Of a stretch of DNA of 44,275 nt, positions 7,203-16,255 are shown one piece after another (the first letter of the stretch is position 1; each line of letters starts with the position of its first letter). Below the pieces are notes generated by a model. It ran no database searches and had not been told where the DNA came from. It was given only the letters and a program-made list of their open reading frames with translations. Position numbers and translations under genes: made by a program. The DNA lies in IMG/VR virus record IMGVR_UViG_3300032295_004070, positions 1 to 44,275 of that record. One strand, written 5' to 3'. This DNA comes from a virus (Duplodnaviria; Caudoviricetes).

Positions 7203-8522
7203 ATGTCAAAACTGATGAATTTAGCCCAAATATCCGACCAAGACTTGCTTAATAAAATTCTTGATAGTGATTTAACAATACTAGAGGATATACAGGGTAG
7301 TAAAATATATGTAAACTGGAATGGTAATTATTTCACAATAAAGCCAAAATCATTAAGCTCAGAACCAATCAATCTAATTGATTTGGCTATGCAATATTAC
7401 TACAATGATGCAATAAGTTTTTTTGATGGTTTACCAGATAGAGTAAAAGGTTTATTGAATAGGAAATGGTGGTTTTGTTTTGAATATTTCCCAGACAATC
7501 AACCAGCTAATATCACATACTCCAGAATACCTAAGAATAACTTAGTTTTAACATCTATTTGTAAAGGGAATAAATTCGATTATACATTAGACGAACTTGA
7601 TGAATATGCTAGACTTTTAGAAACTGATATAATACCTGTGATATTTATGGGTAAATTAGGTGAAGAAACTAAAGAAATGATTAAATATTTCATCAACACC
7701 AGTGAATCTGATTTAGATTATGTGTTTGGTGAAAAATCATTTACCTATTTTTTCTATAAGTTACTAAATCCAAATATGACCGGTTCATTTTTAATGGATG
7801 ATGATTATCAATCAAATCTAGAGAAATTGATAATAAGAGTAGATGGTCAAGACCATTCGTTTGAAATACTCAATCCCCTCTATAAGAGAATATCCGAAAC
7901 CAACTCAACTGAGTTTTTGGAGATTTATACTTTGATTCTTATTAACTTTTTGAATTTTTGCCAAAGTGTGGATATGAATAAACTCAGTATTTCTGGTAAC
8001 AGACGAGACGAGGCTTACTTAGATATTGTTTGTAGACTTTTCAATTTCTACTTAGCTGATGTCAAAGAAGACTTATTGAATTTTGATTTTGTAGTACCAG
8101 AGTTTTTTGATAAAGATAAGTTCAGAATAAATCAAGAACTCATACCAAACAAGTTAACTAAATCCTACGTATCGGAGGACAAGAAACTAGAATATTGTTT
8201 CAAAGTAATATTAGGTTCTTTCAATAAAAAGAAAAAAAGACCAATAGGTGTTTTCACAGAAAATACAATTATGATTTTCAATAAGTTTGTAGATTCGATT
8301 GGTAAGAAAATTGACGAGTACTTTAATAAAAAGAGTGAGATTGAACTCACAAGGAGTGGACTTGTTGATTTTGGTGAGTTTTTTGATATCAAATACGACC
8401 AAGATAGTGAGGGCAATGTATATCCTGATGTCTATACTGAACTCGAACAAACGGGCAAATCTGATAAGGAAAAAAAGAAATCTCCATTCTCAAAGGGGAT
8501 GGAAAAAACTATAAAACCTTAA
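7203..8522 (+). CDS. RNA-ligase-like (covalent nucleotidyltransferase fold) protein, catalytic motifs degenerate
   Basis: Order of motif-like segments: EDIQGS (I), CFEYF (III), LVLTSI (IIIa), IPVIFMG, EKLIIR (IV), FEILNP (V). Confidence 0.55.
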   Translation: MSKLMNLAQISDQDLLNKILDSDLTILEDIQGSKIYVNWNGNYFTIKPKSLSSEPINLIDLAMQYYYNDAISFFDGLPDRVKGLLNRKWWFCFEYFPDNQPANITYSRIPKNNLVLTSICKGNKFDYTLDELDEYARLLETDIIPVIFMGKLGEETKEMIKYFINTSESDLDYVFGEKSFTYFFYKLLNPNMTGSFLMDDDYQSNLEKLIIRVDGQDHSFEILNPLYKRISETNSTEFLEIYTLILINFLNFCQSVDMNKLSISGNRRDEAYLDIVCRLFNFYLADVKEDLLNFDFVVPEFFDKDKFRINQELIPNKLTKSYVSEDKKLEYCFKVILGSFNKKKKRPIGVFTENTIMIFNKFVDSIGKKIDEYFNKKSEIELTRSGLVDFGEFFDIKYDQDSEGNVYPDVYTELEQTGKSDKEKKKSPFSKGMEKTIKP

Positions 8523-8556
8523 TCAACCTTTAAGAATTAGACTTTATAATCTTCCT

Positions 8557-9771
8557 ATGGTTTGTGTAGAGGAGTATAAGGTAAACCCAAAGTATGATAA
8601 GTCCAAGGTATTAAAGGACAAGAAATCAAGTCTGCAGTTTTTACCAAGTAAACTTGCTATTGAGTCATTATCGAAAACTTTAATCTACAAAGATACAAAA
8701 CTCAAAACATCTTATCTTATTGATATAGTTCATAATCTAATTTTAAAATACTATTTCAAAAAAGATAATATTTTCCATCTATCATCGTTAATACTAAAGG
8801 AAAAATACGGATACTTATATAACTATTACATCCAATATTTAACTGAAAAAAATATACTAGTATTAATAAGAAACCATAAAAAGGGTAAAAATGCTAGAGT
8901 TTATAAGTTATCAGAGGATTGTTTAAAAACTCCCAAAAGATTTAGAAATGAGGATAAGGTTTTAATAAAGAAATATAAAAACGCTCTAAACTTTATAGAA
9001 AGTAATAACATCGATAAAAACAATATCGATGCAGAAATAAAAAAGAAACTAGTTCAGGATCTTTTTTTTGTTGAGATAGATTTTTCGAGGTCAATATTCT
9101 ATTTGGATTCAACAATACAAGACTCTGATATTTATGAAAGGAACCGATACAGTGTTGAGTGTATAAATGATAAACACATATTTTATCATTTTGATAACTA
9201 TGGTAGAATGCATACCAATTTCACAATACTAAAATCTTTCATTAGGAAAAACTGTCTATTAATAGAAGGTGAGGAAACATTTGAGATTGACATCAAAAAT
9301 AGTCAACCTATGTTTTTGAATAAAATAATCGAAATTTGGGGGAAAGATAAGGTTGATGAAAATGAGTTCTCCTTGTTTAGAGATTTGACAAGATATGGAA
9401 CGTTTTATCAGTACATTATGGACGTTGGTAATATAAAAACCAAACAAGAGGCTAAAGATTTGGTCTATAATGTATTTTTTGGTAAAAACTATAAAACAAA
9501 ATTTGATATTGCATTCTCCAAAATATTCCCAACTATTTATAACTTTATAAAGTTTTATAAAAAAATGAGGGGTGACTATAAATCACTAGCCTATGATTTG
9601 CAAAATCTAGAGTCTGACCTAATATTTAACAAAATAATAAAGGAATTGAATGATATAAATCCAAATATCAGATTGATTACAGTTCATGATAGTATAATTT
9701 GTAAAAAATCAGATAGAGAAATGTTAGAAAGTGTTTTTTATAAGCATTTGTCAAACGAGTTCAAATGGTAA
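8557..9771 (+). CDS. minimal family-A polymerase-fold protein with N-terminal wHTH-like region
   Basis: YGRMHT, motif A EIDIKNSQP, motif B AKDLVYNVFFG, LQNLES, motif C TVHDSII. Confidence 0.7.
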   Translation: MVCVEEYKVNPKYDKSKVLKDKKSSLQFLPSKLAIESLSKTLIYKDTKLKTSYLIDIVHNLILKYYFKKDNIFHLSSLILKEKYGYLYNYYIQYLTEKNILVLIRNHKKGKNARVYKLSEDCLKTPKRFRNEDKVLIKKYKNALNFIESNNIDKNNIDAEIKKKLVQDLFFVEIDFSRSIFYLDSTIQDSDIYERNRYSVECINDKHIFYHFDNYGRMHTNFTILKSFIRKNCLLIEGEETFEIDIKNSQPMFLNKIIEIWGKDKVDENEFSLFRDLTRYGTFYQYIMDVGNIKTKQEAKDLVYNVFFGKNYKTKFDIAFSKIFPTIYNFIKFYKKMRGDYKSLAYDLQNLESDLIFNKIIKELNDINPNIRLITVHDSIICKKSDREMLESVFYKHLSNEFKW

Positions 9772-9789
9772 ATTTTATATATACCATAT

Positions 9790-10362
9790 ATGATTAAGCT
9801 GTCAGATTCAAAAGTAAATTTCATTCTTTTTTCACCTGAGAAAATTGAAAATACATCGGAGGAAAATAAAATAAACTGTGAAAGAGCTTGTAGTATTTTA
9901 TATTCTAAAGATTATACTATATTATCCGTTGAGGGTGTATTTGAGGGTAATAGAGAACAGTCCTATCTATGTTTCCCAAATAGTATTGATAACGATAAAT
10001 TGAGAGAGGATGCTTTATATTTAATGAGATATTTTGACCAGAAAAGTGTCTTGGTAAAGTATAATGGTGATACTAAAGTTAACAAAATAAATGAGAGTGG
10101 TGAAGAGATACCGATGAGTCATTCGATTTACAACGGTGATGAAAAAAATAAAACTTATCTCTTTAATGGGGTTTCATATTCATTCATAGAGGAAAAACGA
10201 TATTATTTCCCAACATCAAGGAACGAATTAAGAGATGGTATGAAAATCGAATATTTTGACAATAGAGATTGGGCAGACAAAGTTATCGAAAACCTCAATA
10301 AAGAATATGAGGAGTTGTATCAACTCCTCATGAAATATAAAAAAGTAAGAATTGAGTATTAA
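9790..10362 (+). CDS. hypothetical protein (DUF3293-like)
   Basis: VEGVFEGNREQSYL...YFDQKSVL pattern; family assignment tentative. Confidence 0.55.
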   Translation: MIKLSDSKVNFILFSPEKIENTSEENKINCERACSILYSKDYTILSVEGVFEGNREQSYLCFPNSIDNDKLREDALYLMRYFDQKSVLVKYNGDTKVNKINESGEEIPMSHSIYNGDEKNKTYLFNGVSYSFIEEKRYYFPTSRNELRDGMKIEYFDNRDWADKVIENLNKEYEELYQLLMKYKKVRIEY

Positions 10363-11102
10363 CTCTGATACTTATTCAAGAAACCAGCTTTTGGTACTGT
10401 GTTATTGATGTGTTGATTAAGGTCAGAATCTGGTTTTTCATAATATTCTAGAATACTTTGATTTCTCTGTGTTAACATTTGGTCTGGTGGTGTCGGTACA
10501 TGATATAGATGGTAACCAATATAATCCATTTGTTTATAATTCAACATCTTTTTTATTTTCAAATCTTGAAATTTATTCAAATAACCATTTCCGAGTATAT
10601 CTTCATTCCAACCTCCAATTTTTTGAATGGTATCCCTTTTAAAAATTGACATACCATCACACAAATTAAATTTAAATTCCTCTCTTTTTATTGTGAATAT
10701 TTGAGATAAGTCAGCATTTGATTCCATATTATTCAATCTAGCAATAGACTTAGTAGGAATGATACAATCAAAAAACTCTAAGGATTTCAACCCTTCAATC
10801 ATTTCATTAGGGTTCATAATAAAATCGGCATCACCGAATACCAAAACATTAGAAGTCGTCCTTCTCAAAGCTACATTATAAGCCCATCCTTTATTAAAAG
10901 GTGCGTCACTTTCCAAAAAAATATGTCTAGCTTTGAGATTCATTTCAGCAATCTTAGAAACCTTATCTTGTTCTACGATAAGCACTTCGACTCCTTGGAA
11001 ACCAGATAACCACTCGACCGTTCTTCTCAGTGGTAAAATTCTATCTCTACTATATCTAAATGGTATTACATACGTAAACTTTGGTTTGTATAAATTCTGC
11101 AT
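10359..11102 (-). CDS. GT-A fold glycosyltransferase (GT2/GT7C-like)
   Basis: YVIPFR, IVEQD, FNKGWAYN, DxD motif FGDADF, IGGWNED. Confidence 0.85.
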   Translation of the reverse strand: MQNLYKPKFTYVIPFRYSRDRILPLRRTVEWLSGFQGVEVLIVEQDKVSKIAEMNLKARHIFLESDAPFNKGWAYNVALRRTTSNVLVFGDADFIMNPNEMIEGLKSLEFFDCIIPTKSIARLNNMESNADLSQIFTIKREEFKFNLCDGMSIFKRDTIQKIGGWNEDILGNGYLNKFQDLKIKKMLNYKQMDYIGYHLYHVPTPPDQMLTQRNQSILEYYEKPDSDLNQHINNTVPKAGFLNKYQS

Positions 11103-11120
11103 TAAAATCCTTTTTATTTA

Positions 11121-11147
11121 TTATAGTAGTATAATAAATTTAAGTTT
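11121..11147 (-). promoter_or_regulatory. putative early/middle promoter AAACTT-N16-TATAA
   Basis: Same spacing at 15390-15416 and 22550-22576. Confidence 0.5.
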
Positions 11148-11148
11148 A

Positions 11149-11343
11149 TTAAGATAATATCATTCCTGGATTTTTATACCCAGATTGTTGAACAATTTCC
11201 AACATTTGAGTTGGTGTCAAATTTCCTTTATCCCAACCTTTTTTTCTTGCATATTCATTCACAAACTTTTCTCTCAAATAGTTTTCGTCCTCTTTAGATA
11301 TTTTTGAGTTTCCTTTAATCAAGTGTTGGTCATCTCTTTGCAT
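11149..11343 (-). CDS. small hypothetical protein
   Basis: 64 aa; preceded by TGATATATA (11370-11362). Confidence 0.7.
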   Translation of the reverse strand: MQRDDQHLIKGNSKISKEDENYLREKFVNEYARKKGWDKGNLTPTQMLEIVQQSGYKNPGMILS

Positions 11344-11373
11344 AATCTTATATTTTTTCTTTATATATCAAAT

Positions 11374-11405
11374 AAAAAAAACCTCCCTGATGGGAGGTTT
11401 TTTTT
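11374..11405. terminator. intrinsic terminator downstream of the major capsid gene
   Basis: A-run, ACCTCCC-tgat-GGGAGGT stem-loop, T-run. Confidence 0.88.
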
Positions 11406-11424
11406 ATTATTTTCCAAACTATGA

Positions 11425-13194
11425 TTAGTTGAGGAGAATATTTGGATCTACCACGTTGATAGTCATGAACTGCTTCTGTGGGTACCAACCCACTTCAGCG
11501 ATTGCATATCTAGAACGGAGTAACAATCTTGGAGCGAAAGTAGCTTCAGAGATAAGGCTGATAGACTGAGCCATTAAGTAAGGTACGAAAATGATACCAG
11601 GCTGGTCAGGATTATTCTTTCTACCAATAACGATTCTGTTATCGTTATATTTCATGTATGGGTCAACATAAATCTGGATGTCTCCGATTTGACCAACTGG
11701 ATAAAGTTGACCAGAACCATTGATTTTAGATTTAGTTGGGTTGATTGTGTAACCAGCAATATCCATAAGAGATGCGGCAAGTCCTCCGTTTGTTACAGCG
11801 AACTGAGCAGGTCCAACACGACCTTCAGTTGCGATAAAGTTAGAAGCGTGTACCATCTTAGTGATAAGTTTTCTTTGTACAGCGTGTGTAGTTTCACCAC
11901 CAACGATGGTAGAACCAGCATATGTAGTATCTAAGTCGAAGATTGTAGAAGCTGTTGCATTCAACGTGAAACCAGATCTTAGAGGAGCAGATTGTCTGTT
12001 CAAATCACCCATTTCAAAAATCTTAGAAACGATTTGCTTAGAGATAGTCTGAGAAAGTTCATTGACAAGGATTGATTCCATTTTCTGAACGATATCCATA
12101 CCTGTGTTAGCTTTGATATCTTCGATTTCAGTTCTTCTAAGAGCTGAAGACACTTCGATAGTACCAACTGCAATAGATTTAGAAGAAACTTTCGGTCCGA
12201 TAACACCAGCATATGAACTATCATCCTGGGACCTATCCATTGGATATCTACCAGAAGCATCAGTTACATTTGGACCACCATCAAAGTTCGCAGAGAAACC
12301 TGGAAGATGATCTTCAAGTGCAGATACTAAATCTACATTTGTAACAGTTGTTGAGAAAGTACCCACCATTTTAATGGCTTGAAGCATAGAGTTAGTAGCA
12401 CTAACAAATGTATTTTCATTACCAACAAAATTGTATGGATAAGAACCCCCAATTCTTTCAGAGTTAGCTTGTCTGAAAGCTCTGAACATAGGCTTGCCAT
12501 CAATACGAGAGAAACCTAGGAATTCAACAATACCTCCTTTATCACCAGTCGGTTCAACACCACTACCAAAGTCGTAAGACCCAACAGTTGATGCGAATGG
12601 AGTAGAACCAGTAGCAACTGTCATAAATAATCTACCACCTTTAAGACCATCAGAAGTTTCGGTGATAGCACCACGGGTAAGACTAGACATAACCGATCTA
12701 ATTTTAGCAATGATAGCAGCAAGGTCACCTTCGGTTGATGTAGTAGTGATTTTAAACACTTGTGGTCTAGCGTAAGAACCGTTAGGATTAGTTACATCAT
12801 CATATTGGAAATCAATATAAAGGAGATCCAATTTTGGTCCTGGTGAAGGTTTTACTGCAACTAGGTCAAGACCGATAGTTTGAGCAGCAATCTTCATAGC
12901 TACTGGGAGAAGGTTTTGACCTAAATCTCCAGAACCGAAGTTACCAGTAGTAGGAGCGTAAGTAGTACTTGTACTAGTCTGTTGGTTGTAACCAGCAAAA
13001 ACTGATGGTTGTGGAGACTGTACAGCGCCCATACCAGCTAAAGTAGCGTTAACATACGCATTTTCGTTAATTGAGTGATATTCAGCATATTCGGACATCC
13101 AATCAAGTCTCTCTTCGCCTGCAACACCCATGTTTTCTAAAACAGGAGCCCATTTTCTAAGAGCCTTCTGTTTGTCAATTCTAATGTGTGACAT
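11425..13194 (-). CDS. gp23: major capsid protein (T4 gp23-like)
   Basis: KWAPVLE N-terminus, IGLDLVAVKP, GRVGPAQFAV, IYVDPY, GIIFVPY, TFAPRLLLRSRYA; downstream of the prohead protease. Confidence 0.93.
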   Translation of the reverse strand: MSHIRIDKQKALRKWAPVLENMGVAGEERLDWMSEYAEYHSINENAYVNATLAGMGAVQSPQPSVFAGYNQQTSTSTTYAPTTGNFGSGDLGQNLLPVAMKIAAQTIGLDLVAVKPSPGPKLDLLYIDFQYDDVTNPNGSYARPQVFKITTTSTEGDLAAIIAKIRSVMSSLTRGAITETSDGLKGGRLFMTVATGSTPFASTVGSYDFGSGVEPTGDKGGIVEFLGFSRIDGKPMFRAFRQANSERIGGSYPYNFVGNENTFVSATNSMLQAIKMVGTFSTTVTNVDLVSALEDHLPGFSANFDGGPNVTDASGRYPMDRSQDDSSYAGVIGPKVSSKSIAVGTIEVSSALRRTEIEDIKANTGMDIVQKMESILVNELSQTISKQIVSKIFEMGDLNRQSAPLRSGFTLNATASTIFDLDTTYAGSTIVGGETTHAVQRKLITKMVHASNFIATEGRVGPAQFAVTNGGLAASLMDIAGYTINPTKSKINGSGQLYPVGQIGDIQIYVDPYMKYNDNRIVIGRKNNPDQPGIIFVPYLMAQSISLISEATFAPRLLLRSRYAIAEVGWYPQKQFMTINVVDPNILLN

Positions 13195-13221
13195 ATTTTT
13201 TTATTATTTTTTTGTTTTATC

Positions 13222-13273
13222 TATATATTATCCTTAAAAAACTTATAAATTTTCGACCTGGATTTTTTATAGA
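13222..13273 (-). promoter_or_regulatory. extended late promoter (ATAAAAAATCC...GTTTTTT...TAATATATA)
   Basis: 37/52 ungapped identity with 15329-15380. Confidence 0.65.
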
Positions 13274-15301
13274 TTAAAGGCTTTTGAATCTTTCTAAGAT
13301 TGATTTCATTTCATTATCATTCAATCTATCTTCTTGAATGATAGGATCAACTGAAACTAGTTTCTTAGTGCCAGATTCTTTTTTCTTAAGAGTTCTAGTA
13401 GACCAGAAATGTTCAACGTTAGCCTCTGTCGTTAAATCAGGATAGAGTCTAGCTTGTGACATAATGGACTTCTTTGAAGACTCATTAAGTTGAGACCAGA
13501 TTGGCTTAATGTTTTCAGGCATCAATCTAATCAATCTCTCTTCGAGAGATTCATTTTTAGTTGAAAGTGCTTCTTGGATTAATCCTAGAACGTCAGCTTG
13601 GGAGAAATAACTTTTTTCATTTATATAAAGTTTTACTTGCTCTTGCTCATCAAGTGATAAGTTATAAAAACTATCAGATTGACGCTTGTTCAAAAATCTC
13701 AAAAAGTGCATTTCATTTGTTTCAGAAACTTTACGTTTTTTAGCTTCTTGTATTAATTTATCAATTTGTTTAGATAATTCAGTATCAGAATTCTTTTCAG
13801 TGATGTCTCTTTCTTCAGATTCTTCACTCTCGGATGAATAATTTTCATCACCCTCTTCTGAAGGCCAAGCTCCATCGCTTCCTCCTTCTTCTTCACTAGC
13901 CATCATATGTGGGATTTGAGTTTCTTCTTCAGACGGACTTTCTTCTTCCCAAGCTTCTTCAGCTTCCATAGGAGTTTCTTCAAATCCCATCTCTTCTAAT
14001 GTAGGAACTACTTTAGAAGATTTCTTTGATTCGTTTAATGAACCAGAATTTAATTTCTCAGCAATCATCCCAGCATAAGAAACGGTTTTATCAAGGTTCT
14101 CAGCAATATATTCAGAATAAGCGATGTTGTCATCTAAATGTTCTGCAATATATTCAGAGTAAGCAATGTTTCCTTCAACATGCTCAGCTAAATACTCAGA
14201 GTAAGCAATTGAGTTGTCTAAGTTTTCAGCTAAATACTCAGCATAAGAAATGCTCTTATCTAAGCTTTCAGCAATGTATTCAGAGTAAGCAATATTCTTA
14301 TCGAGATTTTCAGCTAAATACTCAGAGTATGAAATATTCTTATCAAGATTCTCAGCTAGATACTCAGAATAAGAAATGTTCTTATCAAGATTCTCAGCAA
14401 CATACTCAGTGTAGTTGATAGCTTTTTCTAAGTTTTCAGCTAAATAATCATTATGAGAAATCAACTTGTCTGTTGTTTTCCTCAATGTAGTATTTTCATT
14501 TACCACAACTTGTACTTTCTCAGCTAAATAATCTAAATATTTAACCATTTGTGTGTTTGTCTTATTGAGCTCTTCATAATACTCAAGAAGTTGCTCTAGT
14601 TTCTTTGGATTGATGTTACCTGCTTGTACAGCTGACTTAACTTGTTTTTTCGTAGTAGCAATCTCATTGATTAAATACTTCGAATAATCCGTTAATTGTT
14701 GCTTTGTAACGAATTCACTTTTGTTCATATTGAATATATCATTAATTTTTGACTCATCGGACATTTCATATATCCTAAAGTTAGATTCTTTTTTAAAGCC
14801 TAATGATTCATTGATAGAACTCATTTTAGCTGATGCAAATCCAGGATCTGCAACAATATCATAAGTAAAAAGTTTTTTCAAAGTTACAGTTCCATCAGAT
14901 TCAGTAACTCCGGCTGCTCTTGAAGAAACAAAAACTGGACACCCATCATCAACAAGTGCCTTAGCCTCTTTCCCCCAATAAGTGTTGAGTAATTTTATTT
15001 GACCATCTACTCTATTAGATTCCTTAACATATCTTACATTTTTTATAATATGTGAGGCTCTAGATAAAGACGTGTCAAAAACATCAGGGTGGTCAAATTC
15101 ACCATATACTACACCCATAGTACTCATACGCTCGTTTAGTTCATTTAAACAAGGTAGAAACTTATCTGCAGTATAAATTCTTTCATTACGGTTTTTGATT
15201 CCGAATTCAGTGAATATTCCACCAAGTACATAATCTTTTTTTGCACCAACACTCTCCATAAGTGGATTTGTGTTGTTTTCGACTATTAAAATTGGTTTCA
15301 T
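13274..15301 (-). CDS. gp21: prohead protease (gp21-like) fused to scaffold/core domain (gp22-like)
   Basis: KNRNERIY, GEFDHP, ASH, VSSRAAG, TYDIVADPG protease motifs, then a coiled coil with KYLDYLAE, 14-aa repeats and an acidic linker. Confidence 0.9.
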   Translation of the reverse strand: MKPILIVENNTNPLMESVGAKKDYVLGGIFTEFGIKNRNERIYTADKFLPCLNELNERMSTMGVVYGEFDHPDVFDTSLSRASHIIKNVRYVKESNRVDGQIKLLNTYWGKEAKALVDDGCPVFVSSRAAGVTESDGTVTLKKLFTYDIVADPGFASAKMSSINESLGFKKESNFRIYEMSDESKINDIFNMNKSEFVTKQQLTDYSKYLINEIATTKKQVKSAVQAGNINPKKLEQLLEYYEELNKTNTQMVKYLDYLAEKVQVVVNENTTLRKTTDKLISHNDYLAENLEKAINYTEYVAENLDKNISYSEYLAENLDKNISYSEYLAENLDKNIAYSEYIAESLDKSISYAEYLAENLDNSIAYSEYLAEHVEGNIAYSEYIAEHLDDNIAYSEYIAENLDKTVSYAGMIAEKLNSGSLNESKKSSKVVPTLEEMGFEETPMEAEEAWEEESPSEEETQIPHMMASEEEGGSDGAWPSEEGDENYSSESEESEERDITEKNSDTELSKQIDKLIQEAKKRKVSETNEMHFLRFLNKRQSDSFYNLSLDEQEQVKLYINEKSYFSQADVLGLIQEALSTKNESLEERLIRLMPENIKPIWSQLNESSKKSIMSQARLYPDLTTEANVEHFWSTRTLKKKESGTKKLVSVDPIIQEDRLNDNEMKSILERFKSL
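14060..14437 (-). repeat. 9 x 42-nt coding tandem repeat (ENLDKNISYSEYLA)
   Basis: Visible in both DNA and translation. Confidence 0.92.
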
Positions 15302-15328
15302 TTATCGCGATTTATTTTTTTAGTATAT

Positions 15329-15380
15329 TATATATCAACCTAAAAAAACCACATAATTTCGAAGAAGGATTTTTTATGGA
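15329..15380 (-). promoter_or_regulatory. extended late promoter (ATAAAAAATCC...GTTTTTT...TGATATATA)
   Basis: Matches 13222-13273 with identical spacing. Confidence 0.65.
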
Positions 15381-15389
15381 GAGGAGTAA

Positions 15390-15416
15390 AAACTTTATTT
15401 TTACTCTGTTATATAA
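15390..15416 (+). promoter_or_regulatory. putative early/middle promoter AAACTT-N16-TATAA
   Basis: Ends 10 nt before ATG 15427. Confidence 0.5.
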
Positions 15417-15426
15417 CATTTTCTAT

Positions 15427-15864
15427 ATGTCTTATAAAGTTGAAATAATTCCAAAAAACGAGAGTTTTCTCGATGATTTTTTTTTATTTTTGATTGAAAA
15501 ATCCGATATTTTTAGGAGAGATATTTCTATTGATAATATATTAAATGATACTGCTTCCCTCAAGGATTTGGAATATCTTGAAAAAGTTTCTCCGATTGTT
15601 CTAAAAGATGTATTTGGAAGCACTTTTCAATCATCATACCGTAGTAACGATAATATCTATGCAATATCACATGATGTTGTTTCTATCGAGTTTAAAGATG
15701 GTAAAATATTTGGTAACGTTAATCCAAGTACACATGGGGAAAAAATAAAATTTGATGGTGGTTGTCTGAGACCGGTTTATTATAAAAAAAATGATAAAAG
15801 TGAATATCAAATAGCAACTTTTGATATGGATTTTAATATAATGCCTAACCATGATTCTAACTAG
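15427..15864 (+). CDS. hypothetical protein
   Basis: Start re-assigned to MSYKVEII because the upstream part overlaps gp21 and its promoter. Confidence 0.7.
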   Translation: MSYKVEIIPKNESFLDDFFLFLIEKSDIFRRDISIDNILNDTASLKDLEYLEKVSPIVLKDVFGSTFQSSYRSNDNIYAISHDVVSIEFKDGKIFGNVNPSTHGEKIKFDGGCLRPVYYKKNDKSEYQIATFDMDFNIMPNHDSN

Positions 15865-16255
15865 GGAAATTTTAATAAAAATAAACGAATCTAATTATTC
15901 GTATTATGAAGAGTTGGGTTATGATGTAAGTATTGGTGAAACAATAGAAATACCTATTGAATTGCTTTCAACCGGCAGTCATTATAAAATCGAATGTAAA
16001 TGTGATAACTGTGGTAAAACTAAAGAGGTGATTTTCAAAAACTACATCAAATACGACAACAGATGGGGGGAATATTATTGTAGGAAATGTTCCGAACACA
16101 AAAGGAAAGCTACACTGAAAGAAAATTGGGGTGTCGAATATCCTATCCAAAATAAAGAAATCAGAAAAAAGATTGAAAAAACTATGATTCAAAAGTTTGG
16201 AGTAAATAACCCATCAAAATCCAAGGAGATTCTTTCAAGAAAGTTGTCTAGTTAA
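15851..16255 (+). CDS. zinc-ribbon protein with (Y/W/F)GV repeats, resembling homing-endonuclease DNA-binding arms; no nuclease domain
   Basis: CKCDNCG...YCRKCS, ENWGVEYP, QKFGVNNP. Confidence 0.65.
   Translation: MILTREILIKINESNYSYYEELGYDVSIGETIEIPIELLSTGSHYKIECKCDNCGKTKEVIFKNYIKYDNRWGEYYCRKCSEHKRKATLKENWGVEYPIQNKEIRKKIEKTMIQKFGVNNPSKSKEILSRKLSS

Noticed and set aside
14060-14437. Possible CRISPR array or non-coding repeat (42-nt period)
   Set aside because: In-frame coding repeat of the scaffold domain; no spacers and no cas genes.
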